DNA of 63,952 nt, counting the filler, from Aduncisulcus paluster (lineage: Eukaryota): the NCBI GenBank assembly GCA_024181965.1. It is 9 parts of 9 records of this genome, joined end to end, with 100 filler letters (N's around TTAATTAATTAA, not from the genome) between each part and the next. Parts side by side here need not be neighbours in the genome. Positions count along the whole stretch, not along the records: positions 60,524 to 63,952 come from BQXS01011247.1; 8 more parts are not named here. One strand, 5' to 3'. This document shows, piece after piece, positions 61,701 to 63,952 of the stretch. Each line of letters begins with the position of its first letter. Position 1 is the first letter of the stretch. The notes beneath the pieces were generated by a model that had not been told where the DNA came from, made no database searches, and was given only the letters and a program-made list of their open reading frames with translations. The position numbers were made by a program, and so were the translations under genes.

Positions 61701-63027
61701 ATGGAGAAACTAGAACTCCTAAAAACAAAACAATATTCAAAAGAGGAGTATTCTGAATCAACAGCAGTCGTCTCATGTGGAGAAAACTCTCTTATCGTTC
61801 TCTCACAAGAAAAGGGTTATATTAAAATTGTTCGACTTCAATCAATGAAACATGAATTGACATTTAATATTAACGAATTAGCTGGAATATCAAATGGAAC
61901 AGTGAAAGCTATTGTTATGCATCCCGTTAGGGAGAATTTGGCCTTTTGTCTTGTACAGATTAACACGTATCATTTACTTATTTCCTTTGAATTAATTGCT
62001 GAGAAAACAGTTTTAACGCCTAAATTATGTCAAAAATCTGCAAGACTCAATCATGATTCGTCCTGGTCTGTGTCTGTGAGCTGTGATGGGAAATACGTTG
62101 CTGCAAACGACAAAGAAAAAGTTATCGTTTTCAATTCTTTCGATTTCTCGAAGTTTCATGTTGTTGATATTGCTTCAAATTGTGTTACTGTTGTTTTATT
62201 CCACCCTACTCATCCAACCTCCCTTTGTGTTGCTGATGCTGAGGGAACAACATTCATTGTCGATCTTTCTAAGACCAACTCGGATAGAAGAAGAAGAAGA
62301 GGATGATATTGAATTTTTTTGGTCTTTTCCGTCTGCCGTTACCAACATGGCCTTTGTGGATAAAGAAGAGTTATTTGTGTCCACGTGCACTGGTATTTAC
62401 CTTGTTAATACCAATGAGAAACTTGATATTGGCGCTAGGATTGAATGTAAAGATATAAGACATTATCTTCCTGGTATCTCATCAATCATCTCTCTATGCT
62501 CTGATTACGCTGTTATCAAACCATATTTATTAAGTTATAAACTCTCATCCTCTATTTCTGATGTGAAATGTCTCAGTTTGTTTTGTGAGACCAAAGAAGC
62601 TGTCATGCTCAAACTCTGGATCCCATTACTTCCTGAGACGTTCGATTTCTTCCGTGATTCTGTTCATGAGCAACCTCAAACGACTGTTGTTCCACCTGAT
62701 GTTGTATTTTCTACTCCGAGATCATGTCCGGTGCTTATCCCCCCATCTATGACGACATCTCTTGATCAACATCCCTTCTTCATAAGTTTATTACATCCCC
62801 ATGTAGGATATATATTAAAAATCACTCCTAGCTTGGAAAATAACTGTTTTATTATATCAACCAGTGATGGTTTGGTGGAATCTGTAAGATTCAGTTTGCT
62901 GAATGAGAGAGAAATTGAAGATTATATTCAATCTTTAACACAACAATCAAAGAAGATAGGAACTGATAAAGCAAAGGAGAAAGCCTATTCAACCCCGAGT
63001 ATGAAATCTCGAAGGTTCATGCCATAG
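61701..63027 (+). CDS. WD40-like protein split by a +1 frame change at ~62286-62306
   Basis: SVSVSCDGKYVAA and VTVVLFHPTHPTSLCVADAEGTTFIVDL; then GAT AGA AGA...GGA TGA versus GAA GAA GAA GAA GAG GAT GAT continuing ORF 62083-63027. Confidence 0.65.
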
Positions 63028-63337
63028 GTTGAATAAAATGAATTTATTTTTAAATAATTCGTTAATACTTTTCATGAAATTTAGGGCCTATATTACATAT
63101 TGGACAGCCAAAGGGATCGTTTTTTTGTTTTTGCTATTTTCCAGAGATTCCCTTTTCAAAACAAACTATATTTTGCTCTTATTTTGTTTAAGAGCTTAGG
63201 TCTAATTTACTTTTGCAATTTATCTATCTTTTGTTGTCTATTCAATAATCTTGTTCGAGACAATTGGAGTTCAGACTGTTTTGGTTGACATTTACTTTTT
63301 ATTTATTTGAATTCCTTCAAAGAATTTGATATAGCAA

Positions 63338-63952
63338 ATGAGTTCATCCAGAACCATTCAAATTGTGAGGCCAGATGTGGTCTATTCTGGTAATAGCTTT
63401 TCTATTCCCATTCCTAGAGATGCTGATAATATTCAGAATCCTGCTTTTCCAACAATTGAAGCAAGAAATGAGACAAAGGAAGAAGGAGATGAAAAGTACG
63501 ATACAAGCATTGATGCACAAAACATGCTAAAAGGTGGAAGAGAGAATTATGCGGATTTCACTCACATTTCCATCCCTTTCTCTTCTGCCTCTTATATGAA
63601 AGGTGCTTATATCTGTCATGGTGGTCGTTCACCTTCCAAACATCTTATCTTCACTTTCACTTCTTCGACTGGTGAGAAGACATCCAAGCAATACAACTTT
63701 CCTGATTGGAGAGGATGCCATTGGTGGCTTCTCCCAATTGATCTCGCTGACGTTGTTCTGTGTGAGATTACTGGGAGGGGAAGAGAGGGAGAGTGTTTTG
63801 CTATCCAATCCCTTGTTTTCTTTCGGGAAGAAACCGCAGATGAAACTCTTGGACGTGAAACCAGAGAACACTTGCTTGAACGGCTCTGGTCTATTGAATC
63901 TCCACGTGTAAAAGCCGAATTCGTTAAGGAGGCTGATTCTAAATCGTTGGGT
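63338..63952 (+). CDS. N-terminus of a lineage-specific repeat-family protein (runs off the window)
   Basis: 205 open codons: MSSSRTIQIVRPD...IPIPRD...FTHISIPFSSASYMKGAYIC...LIFTFTSS...WWLLPIDLADVVLCEITG; not in the ORF track because there is no stop. Confidence 0.7.
   Translation, partial: MSSSRTIQIVRPDVVYSGNSFSIPIPRDADNIQNPAFPTIEARNETKEEGDEKYDTSIDAQNMLKGGRENYADFTHISIPFSSASYMKGAYICHGGRSPSKHLIFTFTSSTGEKTSKQYNFPDWRGCHWWLLPIDLADVVLCEITGRGREGECFAIQSLVFFREETADETLGRETREHLLERLWSIESPRVKAEFVKEADSKSLG

Overview
AT-rich, gene-dense, intron-poor eukaryotic DNA from a flagellated protist. It carries axonemal dynein, CCDC39 and a CEP19-like gene, and has short GTATGT...AG introns. Gene style and the expanded kinase and repeat families resemble a free-living fornicate such as Aduncisulcus (inference, not verified). 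The window is a pseudomolecule: eight 100-nt linkers (44N-TTAATTAATTAA-44N) join nine contigs, so adjacency across linkers means nothing. Three 20-N gaps have artefactually duplicated flanks. Housekeeping genes include FEX, a FERM protein, Rab6, an EF-hand protein, PP2A-A, NOG2, LEO1, VPS37 and cathepsin B. There are four members of a lineage-specific DLG-type kinase family, one an LRR-TM receptor kinase, and several mobile-element relics. The most striking structure is at 22650-27640: an LTR-retrotransposon gag-protease region with a tRNA primer-binding site. Its gag ORF is interrupted by an 808-bp cassette that is almost entirely a tyrosine-recombinase catalytic domain, bounded by a 6-bp TTGGTG direct repeat. 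Precise excision restores the gag frame and would create the recombinase's own stop codon at the circle junction. Also notable: an unannotated two-exon 71-aa stand-alone Nug1/GNL3 N-terminal domain gene, and three +1 frame breaks at trinucleotide runs in otherwise open host genes.
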